Both the position numbers and the translations under genes were made by a program. 64,000 nucleotides of DNA, from the NCBI GenBank assembly GCA_044358015.1, contig JBIKOO010000003.1:14104-78103 (forward strand), written 5' to 3'. Positions 1-8,520 of the stretch are shown here, one piece after another (positions within the stretch are counted from its first letter, which is position 1; each line of letters begins with the position of its first letter). The DNA comes from Ilumatobacteraceae bacterium. Lineage in GTDB: Bacteria; Actinomycetota; Acidimicrobiia; Acidimicrobiales; Ilumatobacteraceae. The notes under the pieces were generated by a model. It saw only the letters and a list, made by a program, of their open reading frames with translations. It was not told the DNA's origin and did no database searches.

Positions 1-263
1 ACGTCGTAACCCCGAATGTTGAATCCGGCGGCTGCAGCATCTTTGGCAAAAGCCTGGTCAAATTCGGCCGCGGAAATGTCGCTGCGCTCGAAATGCGCCC
101 AGGCGTTGTCGTCGGGATTGGTGGCGTTGATGGTCCGAATGGTGTCAAGGGGGAGTCCCTGGGCGGTCTCAAAGCGGTTAAACGCCTCAAAAGGGCTGCT
201 CAGGATCACGCCCCCAAAATCCCAGAGAACTGCCGAAATAGTGGTCGTACGAGTCACACCCAT
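1..263 (-). CDS. HAD-superfamily hydrolase, N-terminal part (gene continues past the left edge)
   Basis: Absent from the ORF track because it is open at the window edge. The reverse complement from the ATG at 263 reads MGVTRTTTISAVLWDFGGVILSSPFEAFNRFETAQGLPLDTIRTINATNPDDNAWAHFERSDISAAEF. This shows HAD motif I (D-x-G-G-V) followed by a cap region. Confidence 0.7.
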   Translation of the reverse strand, partial: MGVTRTTTISAVLWDFGGVILSSPFEAFNRFETAQGLPLDTIRTINATNPDDNAWAHFERSDISAAEFDQAFAKDAAAAGFNIRGYD

Positions 264-317
264 GATCGTAGGGCTATCCCCACCTCAGAGCCCCATTAGT
301 GGTTCACTAGAAGGGAT

Positions 318-1511
318 ATGTCTCCTAAGCCCGCCGCCCTCAAACACGTCATTGTGGACGGTTCGAACATTGCTACAGAGGGCCGTTCGAAGCCCAGTCT
401 GAAGCAACTTAACGATGCCGTCATGGCTTTCATCAACGATCATCCCAAAGCGGTCATCACGGTCATTGTTGATGCAACTTTTGGTCATCGCATTGATCCC
501 AAAGAAGTCACCGCTTTTGACAAGGCGGTTGAACATAACGAACTCGTCACCCCACCAGCTGGAACTGTTGGTCGTGGTGATGGATTCGTTTTGAGCATCG
601 CTGAAAAAGTTGGTGCATCAATTCTGTCGAACGATAGTTACCAAGAATTTCACGGGCAGTACGAGTGGCTGTTTGACGAAGGTCGCTTAATTGGCGGTAA
701 ACCTGTTCCAAATGTGGGTTGGGTGTTCGTGAATCGTACCCCAGTGCGCGGCGAGAAGAGTCGCCGCGCGATCCGTGAGTCGCAGCCATCGTCTGACAAG
801 CCGGGCAAAGGTGTCGCCAAAGTCAAGGTGAGCGCCGAAGCGATGAAGCCAATGCCAGTGCCGAAGTCGTTGCCACCTGGCGCAACTTTGCCAGCGAAGA
901 AAATTGATAACTCAAAATCAGTCAATGACATCTTGCCATTTTTGCAATTTGTTGAAAAGAACACCGTCGGCTCTGTCGTCGTAGGAATCGTTGAGAGTTA
1001 TTCGTCGCACGGCGCATACGTCACCCTTGGCGATGTCCGTGGATACGTTCCCTTGCGTCTCTTGGGTAGTCCTCCGCCGCGCTCGGCCCGAGAGGTAATG
1101 CAACTTGGCGAAAGCGTGACTCTTGAAATCGTCGAAATCATCGCCGGCCGTCGCAGTATTGATCTGGTCCCGACCACGAAGTCAGTGTCAGAGATCGCGT
1201 CGAAATCGAAGAAGAAAGCTGTTGTCAAGAAGGCGGCGCCAGCGAAGAAGTCTGCGCCAGCAAAGAAGGCTGCTCCGGTCAAGAAGGCGGCGCCAGCGAA
1301 GAAGTCTGCGCCAGCAAAGAAAGCCGCTCCAGTCAAGAAAGCCACGCCGATAAAGAAGGCTGCTCCGGTCAAGAAAGCTGTTGTCAAGAAGGCGGCGCCA
1401 GCGAAGAAGTCTGCGCCAGCAAAGAAGGCTGCTCCGGTCAAGAAGGCGGCGGCAGCCAAGAAAGCCGTCGCTAAAAAAGTCGCGACAAAGACTGCCCCTC
1501 GCCGTAAGTGA
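318..1511 (+). CDS. Zc3h12a/NYN (PIN-like) ribonuclease domain + S1/OB RNA-binding domain + Lys/Ala/Pro-rich histone-H1-like tail
   Basis: 397-aa ORF. The N-terminus (VIVDGSNIATEG...VTPPAG...ILSNDSYQEF...GRLIGG) fits the Zc3h12a-type NYN RNase pattern. The middle (VGSVVVGIVESYSSHGAYVTLGDVRGYVPL...SVTLEIVEI) looks like an S1 domain. The last ~100 aa are AAPAKK/SAPAKK/AAPVKK repeats. Confidence 0.75.
   Translation: MSPKPAALKHVIVDGSNIATEGRSKPSLKQLNDAVMAFINDHPKAVITVIVDATFGHRIDPKEVTAFDKAVEHNELVTPPAGTVGRGDGFVLSIAEKVGASILSNDSYQEFHGQYEWLFDEGRLIGGKPVPNVGWVFVNRTPVRGEKSRRAIRESQPSSDKPGKGVAKVKVSAEAMKPMPVPKSLPPGATLPAKKIDNSKSVNDILPFLQFVEKNTVGSVVVGIVESYSSHGAYVTLGDVRGYVPLRLLGSPPPRSAREVMQLGESVTLEIVEIIAGRRSIDLVPTTKSVSEIASKSKKKAVVKKAAPAKKSAPAKKAAPVKKAAPAKKSAPAKKAAPVKKATPIKKAAPVKKAVVKKAAPAKKSAPAKKAAPVKKAAAAKKAVAKKVATKTAPRRK
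1203..1508. repeat. In-frame tandem DNA repeats (about 54-nt unit, aagaaggcggcgccagcgaagaagtctgcgccagcaaagaaggctgctccggtc) encoding the KKAAPAKKSAPAKKAAPV tail
   Basis: Near-identical 54-nt blocks start at about 1219, 1273 and 1384, with degenerate copies between them. They create spurious repeat-shadow ORFs in other frames and on the other strand. Confidence 0.85.
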
Positions 1512-1543
1512 CTTGAGGGTCACTGATCGCCTACGGTTCTCTT

Positions 1544-2317
1544 GTGCGTCTCGCTACTTGGAATGTCAACTCACTACGGGCACGAATGCCACGTGTCGAT
1601 GAATGGTTGCTCGATGTGCAACCAGACGTGGTGTGCATGCAAGAAACCAAAATGGCCGAAGATGCGTTTCCAACCGAACATTTCGCCGAGATGGGCTATG
1701 AGTCAATTCACCATGGCCAAGGTCAGTGGAACGGTGTCGCAATTCTGAGCAAAGTCGGACTCGAAAATCCCGTACGCAATTTTGCAGATGGTCAACCGCT
1801 TGATGCTGAAGCTCGTCTGGTGACCGCGACATGTGGCGGAATACGGGTGAGCTCGGTGTATGTGCCGAACGGTCGCGAATTAGATCACGATCATTACCAC
1901 TACAAGTTGGCGTGGATGAAGCGATTGATTGATCATCTCAATGCAGATACTCAGCCAAGTAGCGCCGTGGTCGTGACTGGTGATTACAACATCGCTCCAG
2001 CCGACATTGATGTGTACAACCCTGCCGATTTTGTGGGTGCGACGCACGTGAGTGAAGCAGAACGCCAAGTCTTACGCGACCTTGAGTTTTGGGGAATGGT
2101 TGATGTCTTTCGTGAACATCATCCCGATGACAAATTGTTTTCGTGGTGGGATTATCGAGCCGGTGGATTCAATCAAAACAAGGGAATGCGTATCGACTTA
2201 ATTTTGGCAACACCATCAGTGGCTACTAAGGCTCGTTGGACGATCGTTGATCGTCAGGCTCGTAAAGGTGAAAAGCCGAGCGATCATGCTCCAGTACTGG
2301 TGGATATTGATGTCTGA
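1544..2317 (+). CDS. xthA: Exodeoxyribonuclease III (AP endonuclease, EEP fold)
   Basis: MRLATWNVNSLRARMP at the N-terminus, VVTGDYNIAP in the middle, and SDHAPVLVDI at the C-terminus. These are typical of ExoIII/Xth. Confidence 0.9.
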   Translation: MRLATWNVNSLRARMPRVDEWLLDVQPDVVCMQETKMAEDAFPTEHFAEMGYESIHHGQGQWNGVAILSKVGLENPVRNFADGQPLDAEARLVTATCGGIRVSSVYVPNGRELDHDHYHYKLAWMKRLIDHLNADTQPSSAVVVTGDYNIAPADIDVYNPADFVGATHVSEAERQVLRDLEFWGMVDVFREHHPDDKLFSWWDYRAGGFNQNKGMRIDLILATPSVATKARWTIVDRQARKGEKPSDHAPVLVDIDV

Positions 2318-3041
2318 AGAAAACAATCCCGAAACTGATCGATCAGTTTGGTCAAACCCAAATGAGTCGGTAATTCCTTCGCCGTTGGCTCTGCCGAGGC
2401 ATCGCGTCGCAATGCACGACCCGAATAATCCGCGACTTCGTTTAGCTAATGCGACGCGCGAAGTATTGCAACATTCAGCAACATCGACGGCGCATAGTGA
2501 TCAGTTCGCTCAGGCCGCCAATCTGCTTGAGCAAGCAGCTGCTTTACTCGCAACTGGGCCCCATGGGCGTTCGTATCACGCGAGCGCCGAAGGCGCAGTT
2601 GGGGGAGCGACTCACGGGTTCATCAGTCACAGTCCGGTCACTGGACCATTAAATGGTTTGGCCGGTTTGATTGAACTTGAAAGTACCGCGACTGAGATTA
2701 TCGCGACCGTCACTTATGGAGACGCCTATGAAGGACCTCCAGGCTGCTTGCATGGTGGTTTGATTGCAGCGATATTTGACGAAGTGCTGGGTTTCGCTCA
2801 AGCGTTGTCGGGGGCGCCAGGAATGACTGGTCGGCTTGAAGTGACATACCGTTCGCCAACGCCGTTACATCAACCGCTGAAGGTGACTGGTCGTTTTGAC
2901 GGCATTAATGGTCGCAAGATTCTGACGTCAGGCGAAATTTATGCGGGCGATCGCCTGTGCGCTCAAGCAGTTGGTACTTTCATTTCGGTGAAGGCTGAGA
3001 AATTCGCTGCACTCAACAACGATCGACAAACTCGCGAATAA
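2310..3041 (+). CDS. PaaI-type hotdog-fold thioesterase
   Basis: The ATG at 2310 overlaps the xthA stop (ATGTCTGA). The core motif CLHGGLIAAIFDEVLGFA and the length (243 aa) fit the PaaI/DUF4442-like thioesterases. The earlier in-frame start at 2247 lies inside xthA. Confidence 0.7.
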   Translation: MSEENNPETDRSVWSNPNESVIPSPLALPRHRVAMHDPNNPRLRLANATREVLQHSATSTAHSDQFAQAANLLEQAAALLATGPHGRSYHASAEGAVGGATHGFISHSPVTGPLNGLAGLIELESTATEIIATVTYGDAYEGPPGCLHGGLIAAIFDEVLGFAQALSGAPGMTGRLEVTYRSPTPLHQPLKVTGRFDGINGRKILTSGEIYAGDRLCAQAVGTFISVKAEKFAALNNDRQTRE

Positions 3042-5003
3042 TCACTGTTGCGATTGAATGATGCCGCGTTGTATCGCGGCCAACACTCGATGACCGACGC
3101 GCTGACTCATTGGTTGGCCAAATCCATCAATGGCTGCTAGTTCTTCGCTTGTCGTCGGGCGTGCTTGCGCGATTCGGCGGAGGACGTCGTCTGAACAAAA
3201 GATCAGTGGGTCAAGATTGGCAACCCGACCAGCATTCGTGCGCCACTGAACTAGTTCGTCGTAAACGTAGTCATGTGGGTCGAACTCTTGGCGGCGCAAC
3301 GTTTGGTCGCGCACATAGTCGGCCGAAGGTGGAGCGACAACGACAGCGATGTCAACGCCGTCAACGAAGGGGCTTCGTGTTCTCGAGCGCCCCCTACGGG
3401 AACGGGCATGTGTAATCGCAAGACGATCGGCGGCACGGGTCATGGCCACATATGCCAAGCGAATTTCTTCAGCGGTTTCGGCAGGGGATTTCGCTGATGA
3501 GTGTGGAATGAGTCCTTGTTCGCATCCTGCCAAGACGACGTTGTCCCATTCACGTCCCTTGGCTCCGTGGAAGGTCAAAATTTCAACGGTGTCCTGATAA
3601 CGGTCATCTTCAAAGGGACGATTGGTGCGCACCCATGCCAAAAATGTTCGTCCGTCGCCTCCTCCTTCTGCCAAGAATTCGTCAACAGCATCGGCCACAC
3701 GTCGGCGGGCCACGAGATCCTCTTCGGTTTCAAGTGAATCTTCGGCAAGTGGGGCTCGGGCGTCACGCGACCATGTTGAGATTCTGGTTGAACTCGGAAG
3801 GTCGCCGACTTCGCGAGCTGCCCGTTGGATCGGATCAGCGGCAACCGAGCCAACAATGCGAGTTGGAATATCGCGGGATGTCAGTGCATCACGAATGGGG
3901 GCCAGTTGAGCATTGGTGCGTGCGAGAACTGCAAAGTCGCGCCAACGAGATGACGGGGTGCGCCACGATTCAATAATTTGGGCAATTCCGATTGCCTCGA
4001 CTTTTTCATCATCAAATCCGTAGATCTGTACAGGTGGTCCGTCGGGTCGCGTGGAAAAGAGTTGTGGCGGTGGTGTCGGAAGACGAGAGAGTGCGCGCAG
4101 TCCGGCTTGGACTACTTGTGGCGTGCAGCGATAGTTCGCTGAAAGTCTGATCACTTCAATGCCAGGAAATCGTTGTTCAAGTGCAGTCAGCACCGATGGA
4201 TCAGCGCCGTTGAATCCATAGATCGATTGTGATGGGTCGCCAACAAGTGTGAGATCGTCACGACCAACTCGCCACTGATCAAGCACTGCGAGTTGTAATG
4301 GGTTTAAGTCTTGAGCTTCGTCGACAAAGAGATGACGGATTTTCCAATGCACGATGTTGGCGAAGTTGTTGTCATCGCGCATTGCATCAATCGTGAGAGA
4401 CAACAAGTCATCGAGATCTATGACGCTACGTTTGCGTTTGAGTAATTGAACATCACTCATCACTTTGGCGACATCGGCCACGGGGGCTAACGAGCGACGA
4501 CCACTTGATTGGATTACCGATGCGTATCTATCGGCGGTGATGTTTCGCGAACGAGCCCAATCAATGTCGGCAGACAAATCGTTGATATTCGCAGTTCGTT
4601 TTGCTCCGATGACTTCGCCGATGAGGCGACGACGATCGGCGACGACGGCCGGGTGGCTTTTCCCTTGTTCATCCCAACGCTGTCGCAACAAGCCGAGAGC
4701 AACTGAGTGGAAAGTTCCCGCGATGATGGTGTCGCGCAATCCGAGGGCTCGGAGGCGTCGGCGTAATTCGTTGGCTGCTTGGCGCGTGAAAGTTAAAACG
4801 GCAACGTGTGAAGCGTCGGCGGTCTCGGTTAAGCACCGGTATGCCACTCGACGCGTGAGGACGCCCGTTTTGCCAGATCCGGCGCCGGCGATGACTGCCA
4901 AGAGGGGAGCGCCAGATGTAATTGCGGCCTGCTGAGTGGGGTCAAGTCCCTGTAATAGTTCGTTCGTGAGGGCCGTATCAGACACCCCGTCATCGTAGGG
5001 CAT
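3042..5003 (-). CDS. UvrD/REP superfamily 1 DNA helicase with C-terminal HRDC-like domain (UvrD2-like)
   Basis: Walker A (AGAGSGKTGVLTRR), DEAQDLNP, TFHGAKGREWDNVVL and YVAMTRAADRL motifs. The C-terminus (DDVLRRIAQARPTTSEELAAIDGFGQP) is HRDC-like. The start is placed at the ATG at 5003 (MPYDDGV), 24 nt from the divergent gene. Confidence 0.85.
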   Translation of the reverse strand: MPYDDGVSDTALTNELLQGLDPTQQAAITSGAPLLAVIAGAGSGKTGVLTRRVAYRCLTETADASHVAVLTFTRQAANELRRRLRALGLRDTIIAGTFHSVALGLLRQRWDEQGKSHPAVVADRRRLIGEVIGAKRTANINDLSADIDWARSRNITADRYASVIQSSGRRSLAPVADVAKVMSDVQLLKRKRSVIDLDDLLSLTIDAMRDDNNFANIVHWKIRHLFVDEAQDLNPLQLAVLDQWRVGRDDLTLVGDPSQSIYGFNGADPSVLTALEQRFPGIEVIRLSANYRCTPQVVQAGLRALSRLPTPPPQLFSTRPDGPPVQIYGFDDEKVEAIGIAQIIESWRTPSSRWRDFAVLARTNAQLAPIRDALTSRDIPTRIVGSVAADPIQRAAREVGDLPSSTRISTWSRDARAPLAEDSLETEEDLVARRRVADAVDEFLAEGGGDGRTFLAWVRTNRPFEDDRYQDTVEILTFHGAKGREWDNVVLAGCEQGLIPHSSAKSPAETAEEIRLAYVAMTRAADRLAITHARSRRGRSRTRSPFVDGVDIAVVVAPPSADYVRDQTLRRQEFDPHDYVYDELVQWRTNAGRVANLDPLIFCSDDVLRRIAQARPTTSEELAAIDGFGQPMSQRVGHRVLAAIQRGIIQSQQ

Positions 5004-5027
5004 GGGTGCCGAACTAAGGTCAGGTGC

Positions 5028-5645
5028 ATGCCTTATCCCGCCAAACTTTTGAATCCTGATGAGTCGGTGGCCCTCGATCTGAATCCGCATTGGTGGTACT
5101 TCGCCGAGTCGGTGAGTTCTTTTACGGTTTCGGGGATTTTATGGCTGTTTGTGTTTGGTAAATATCAGGACGACCCAAAGCCATTTTTGACCTATCCAAT
5201 TGGTGTCATTGCCTTAGGCACTTTGGTGTGGGTGATCGTGCGTTACCTAAAATGGCGGACGACATATTTTGTGATCACGTCAGACCGTTTGATTTATCGT
5301 CACGGTGTCATCGGCAAAGCCGGAATCGAAATACCGCTCGAACGTGTGAACAACGTGAACTTCAAACAAGGAATCTTTGAGCGCATCATTGGTGCAGGCG
5401 ACTTACTCATTGAATCTGGCGGAGAGGACGGTCAACAGCGCTTTACCGATGTTTCGCATCCCGACAAAGTGCAAAATCTCATTCACATGCAAATGGAAGA
5501 TAACCAAAAGCGTTCGTTCAGCGTCAACGTGGCAGGTGGCAACGATGTCGCGACTCAACTGGAAAAACTGGAAGGTCTCCGCGACCGCGGTTCAATTTCG
5601 GCTGAAGATTTTGAGTCACAGAAGCGCCGACTCCTCGAGAGTTGA
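5028..5645 (+). CDS. Membrane protein with bacterial PH (bPH_2/YdbT-like) domain and C-terminal SHOCT domain
   Basis: Two N-terminal TM helices are followed by TTYFVITSDRLIYRHGVIGK...VNNVNFKQGIFERIIGAGDLLIESGGE, which is the bPH_2 pattern. The C-terminal QLEKLEGLRDRGSISAEDFESQKRRLL fits SHOCT. Confidence 0.75.
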   Translation: MPYPAKLLNPDESVALDLNPHWWYFAESVSSFTVSGILWLFVFGKYQDDPKPFLTYPIGVIALGTLVWVIVRYLKWRTTYFVITSDRLIYRHGVIGKAGIEIPLERVNNVNFKQGIFERIIGAGDLLIESGGEDGQQRFTDVSHPDKVQNLIHMQMEDNQKRSFSVNVAGGNDVATQLEKLEGLRDRGSISAEDFESQKRRLLES

Positions 5646-6617
5646 TCAGTCTCGGAGGCGGATCCCGACGATGCAGCCGCCAAAGCCACCACCCGTGATG
5701 CGGGCACCTAGAAAACCTGATTCGCGCAGCATTGAATTGACTGCTTGATCCATGATTGAGTTTGAGGTTTCGTAATCGTTAGCCAAACTTACGTGGCTTT
5801 CGGTCATCAGGCGACCAGCCTCGACGAAATCCTTCTTGGTGAGTGCTTGAGCGAAATCGCGAACACGTTGATTCTCGGATATGACATGTCTCGCTCGACG
5901 CACGAGGCGATCATCATTGAGGTGTGACAGATTATTCGTCGTTGCTAATCGCAACGGGCCAATGATTGATTCAATCGCGTGACAGTCATTGACGCGACCT
6001 GCGTACTCGCTGCCCGCAAGAGTGCGTTGCGAGATAAATCGGGTGACAACTTCGATTTCTTCGGGCATTGCGACGTGTTGAACATCAAGCGTGTGGCAAT
6101 TGATAAGTGTCGCAGTATTGGTTCGTCCGACCGCGATGCACAGTTGGTCCATGATTCCGCAGGGGACACCCGAGGCAATATGTTCAGCGCGTTGGCAGAG
6201 TAAGGCAAGATCAGTTTCTGACATTGCAATCTCGGTTATAGAAATGACGATTCGCGCGATCGCTATTTCGAGGGCAGCACTTGACGACAAACCTGATCCA
6301 ATTGGAATTGTGGTGTCAATTTCACCAGTGAAGCCAGGAATCTCATAACCAAGTTTGTTGAAGTCGTATAAGACGCCCGCCACATAGCGTCCCCACGGTG
6401 GTGTTATTGAACGTGGGTCAACAACTGGCAGCTCAATTGAGACCGGTTCCGCTTCATGATGCGAGACAAGATTCCAGACGCGACTTGTGTTTGCTTGACC
6501 GATCACGGTGGTGCGTGCATCAAGCGTCATCGGCATCACGAGGCCGCCGGTGTAGTCGGTGTGATCGCCAATCAGATTGACGCGACCCGGTGCTGAAACG
6601 TTGAGTGTTTCGTTCAC
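5646..6617 (-). CDS. galK: Galactokinase-like GHMP kinase
   Basis: Galactokinase signature GRVNLIGDHTDYTGG and GHMP ATP motif PIGSGLSSSAALEIA. At 323 aa it is shorter than classical GalK. No galT or galE lies nearby. Confidence 0.75.
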   Translation of the reverse strand: MNETLNVSAPGRVNLIGDHTDYTGGLVMPMTLDARTTVIGQANTSRVWNLVSHHEAEPVSIELPVVDPRSITPPWGRYVAGVLYDFNKLGYEIPGFTGEIDTTIPIGSGLSSSAALEIAIARIVISITEIAMSETDLALLCQRAEHIASGVPCGIMDQLCIAVGRTNTATLINCHTLDVQHVAMPEEIEVVTRFISQRTLAGSEYAGRVNDCHAIESIIGPLRLATTNNLSHLNDDRLVRRARHVISENQRVRDFAQALTKKDFVEAGRLMTESHVSLANDYETSNSIMDQAVNSMLRESGFLGARITGGGFGGCIVGIRLRD

Positions 6618-7510
6618 GCCAACTTCAGGGTCTTGCTGAAGCGCTCAACCGATTCCATGTCAAATGGTGCACGAAGCGCCAAGTTGATTTGCTCGGCACC
6701 AGCAGCGACATATTGACCGATGCGATCAATGACCTGTTCGTCGCTGCCAGTTAACACGCCAGGTCGTACACCTTCGGCAAGCATGCCAAATTGTGATTGC
6801 AAACTTTCTTCGGTCCAGGCGATGCCAACATTGACCGTACGCTTCACTTCTTTTGGATCGCGGCCGATTGATTCGCAATGCTGAGTGAGAACCGAACTTT
6901 TGTGGGCGAAAGCTTCAGGTGAAACAAACGGAACATTCCATCCGTCGGCGTATTTGGCGGTGATGTTCAGCGTTCGTTTTTCTCCACCGCCACCAACCCA
7001 AATCGGAATCTTCTTTTGAATGGGGCGAGGTTCGTTGCGAGCGTTGGTGAGTTTGAACCATTCGCCTGAAAAGTTGGTGACCTCGTCGTGCAGTAAGCCG
7101 CGAACGCATTGCGCCGCTTCTTCAAGTTGATCCATACGAGTTTTGACTCCGGGGAATGGAATGCCGTAGGCCTCGTATTCAACTTGTGCCCAACCTGCGC
7201 CAAGACCCATGTCGGCGCGTCCGCCCGAAATGTGATCAATCGCAGTAATCATTTTGGCGAGTACTGAAGGGTGGCGATAGCCAACTGAGTACACCAATGA
7301 ACCGACGCGGACCCGACTGGTTTCGGCCGCCAATGCCGCGTGCATCGCCACGGCTTCAAAACAGGCTGCATCGTCGGGCTTGCCAGTTGCGCCATAGAAG
7401 TGATCCCAAATTGAGATCCAATCAAAGCCAAGGTCTTCGATCTTGCGCCAGGCTGGACGGAGAACGTCGTACGTGGTGTGTTGTAATCCGGTGTGAACGC
7501 CAAAGCGCAT
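6614..7510 (-). CDS. Luciferase-like monooxygenase (LLM) class, probably F420-dependent oxidoreductase
   Basis: MRFGVHTGLQHTT...VYSVGYRHPSVLAKMITAIDHISGGRADMGLGAGW is typical of the LLM/F420 family. The start is set at MRFGV (7510); an alternative ATG lies at 7534. Upstream in-frame codons to 7711 overlap the divergent gene. Confidence 0.8.
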   Translation of the reverse strand: MRFGVHTGLQHTTYDVLRPAWRKIEDLGFDWISIWDHFYGATGKPDDAACFEAVAMHAALAAETSRVRVGSLVYSVGYRHPSVLAKMITAIDHISGGRADMGLGAGWAQVEYEAYGIPFPGVKTRMDQLEEAAQCVRGLLHDEVTNFSGEWFKLTNARNEPRPIQKKIPIWVGGGGEKRTLNITAKYADGWNVPFVSPEAFAHKSSVLTQHCESIGRDPKEVKRTVNVGIAWTEESLQSQFGMLAEGVRPGVLTGSDEQVIDRIGQYVAAGAEQINLALRAPFDMESVERFSKTLKLA

Positions 7511-7577
7511 GTGCGGGAACATTCCAGAAGTCATACGCCAACGGTAGTCGTTGTGATGATGGTGGCAAGGTGACGAG

Positions 7578-8507
7578 ATGGCTATTGTCGCGGGCATGGC
7601 ACAAGCGCACATTCCGGCAAACGTTGGGCCGATCACCCTTGAATACGAAACCATGGGGAAGGCGACCGACCCAGCAGTTTTGTTAATCATGGGTTTTGGC
7701 GCCCAGCTCATTAACTGGTCAGATCAGTTTTGTCAGATGTTGGTCGATCAAGGTTTTTATGTGATTCGTTTTGATAATCGCGACTGCGGGCTCTCCACCA
7801 AACTTGATGGCGTGGTTGTTGATCCGAACGCAGTCGTTGCGGCGGCATTGAGTGGTCAAGAACTACCACCAGTTCCGTACACCTTGTCTGATATGGCGCA
7901 GGACGCAATTGAACTGCTGAATCATCTCAATATTGATACGGCCCACATTTTGGGTGCATCAATGGGCGGCATGATTGCGCAAACTCTGGTGATTGAACAC
8001 CCCGAGAGGGCTCAATCGTTGATTTCGTTGTTTTCGGTAACGGGCGAATTTGAGTTTGGGGCACCGACTGCTGAAGCAGCGGATGTCTTGCTGGGGCCGC
8101 CGCCCACCGAACGCCAGGCCTACATCGACGCGAGTCCGAAGTATCGCGTGTGGCAATCGAAGCGTTACTTCGATGAAGCGGCCGTGAAACGTGAAGCGGC
8201 GCGGGCTTTTGACCGATCTTTTTATCCCGAAGGGTCAAGTCGCCAATTGGCGGCAATCTATGCCAGTGGGTCTCGAGCAGAACAATTACAAAAACTGCAG
8301 ACCCCGACCTTGGTGATACACGGCGAAGACGACACGTTGCTGCCGCCCGATGGTGGTAAGCGAACCGCTGAACTAGTGCCTGGATCGACGTTCTTGTTCG
8401 TGGCTGATATGGGTCATGATCTTCCCGAACCTCTCTTGCCACTGGTGACCGGTGCCATGACGGCGCATATGAAACTTGCCGAATGGCAGCGCGCCACTGG
8501 ACACTGA
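7578..8507 (+). CDS. Alpha/beta-fold hydrolase
   Basis: LLIMGFGAQL (oxyanion region), nucleophile elbow GASMGGMIA, and HGEDD...GH near the C-terminus. An alternative start lies at 7596. Confidence 0.8.
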   Translation: MAIVAGMAQAHIPANVGPITLEYETMGKATDPAVLLIMGFGAQLINWSDQFCQMLVDQGFYVIRFDNRDCGLSTKLDGVVVDPNAVVAAALSGQELPPVPYTLSDMAQDAIELLNHLNIDTAHILGASMGGMIAQTLVIEHPERAQSLISLFSVTGEFEFGAPTAEAADVLLGPPPTERQAYIDASPKYRVWQSKRYFDEAAVKREAARAFDRSFYPEGSSRQLAAIYASGSRAEQLQKLQTPTLVIHGEDDTLLPPDGGKRTAELVPGSTFLFVADMGHDLPEPLLPLVTGAMTAHMKLAEWQRATGH

Positions 8508-8520
8508 ATACGATGAAGGA

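Noticed and set aside
998-1523. ORFs 998..1459(-), 1123..1353(+), 1188..1523(-) and 1381..1602(+), with AAFFAG or RRRQRRSLRQQ repeats
   Set aside because: These are frame and strand shadows of the KKAAPAKK-encoding repeats of the 318..1511 gene, not independent genes.
5050-5085. CTGATGAG...GAA string reminiscent of a hammerhead ribozyme core
   Set aside because: It lies inside a well-supported coding region and lacks the GAAAC element and the three-stem arrangement.
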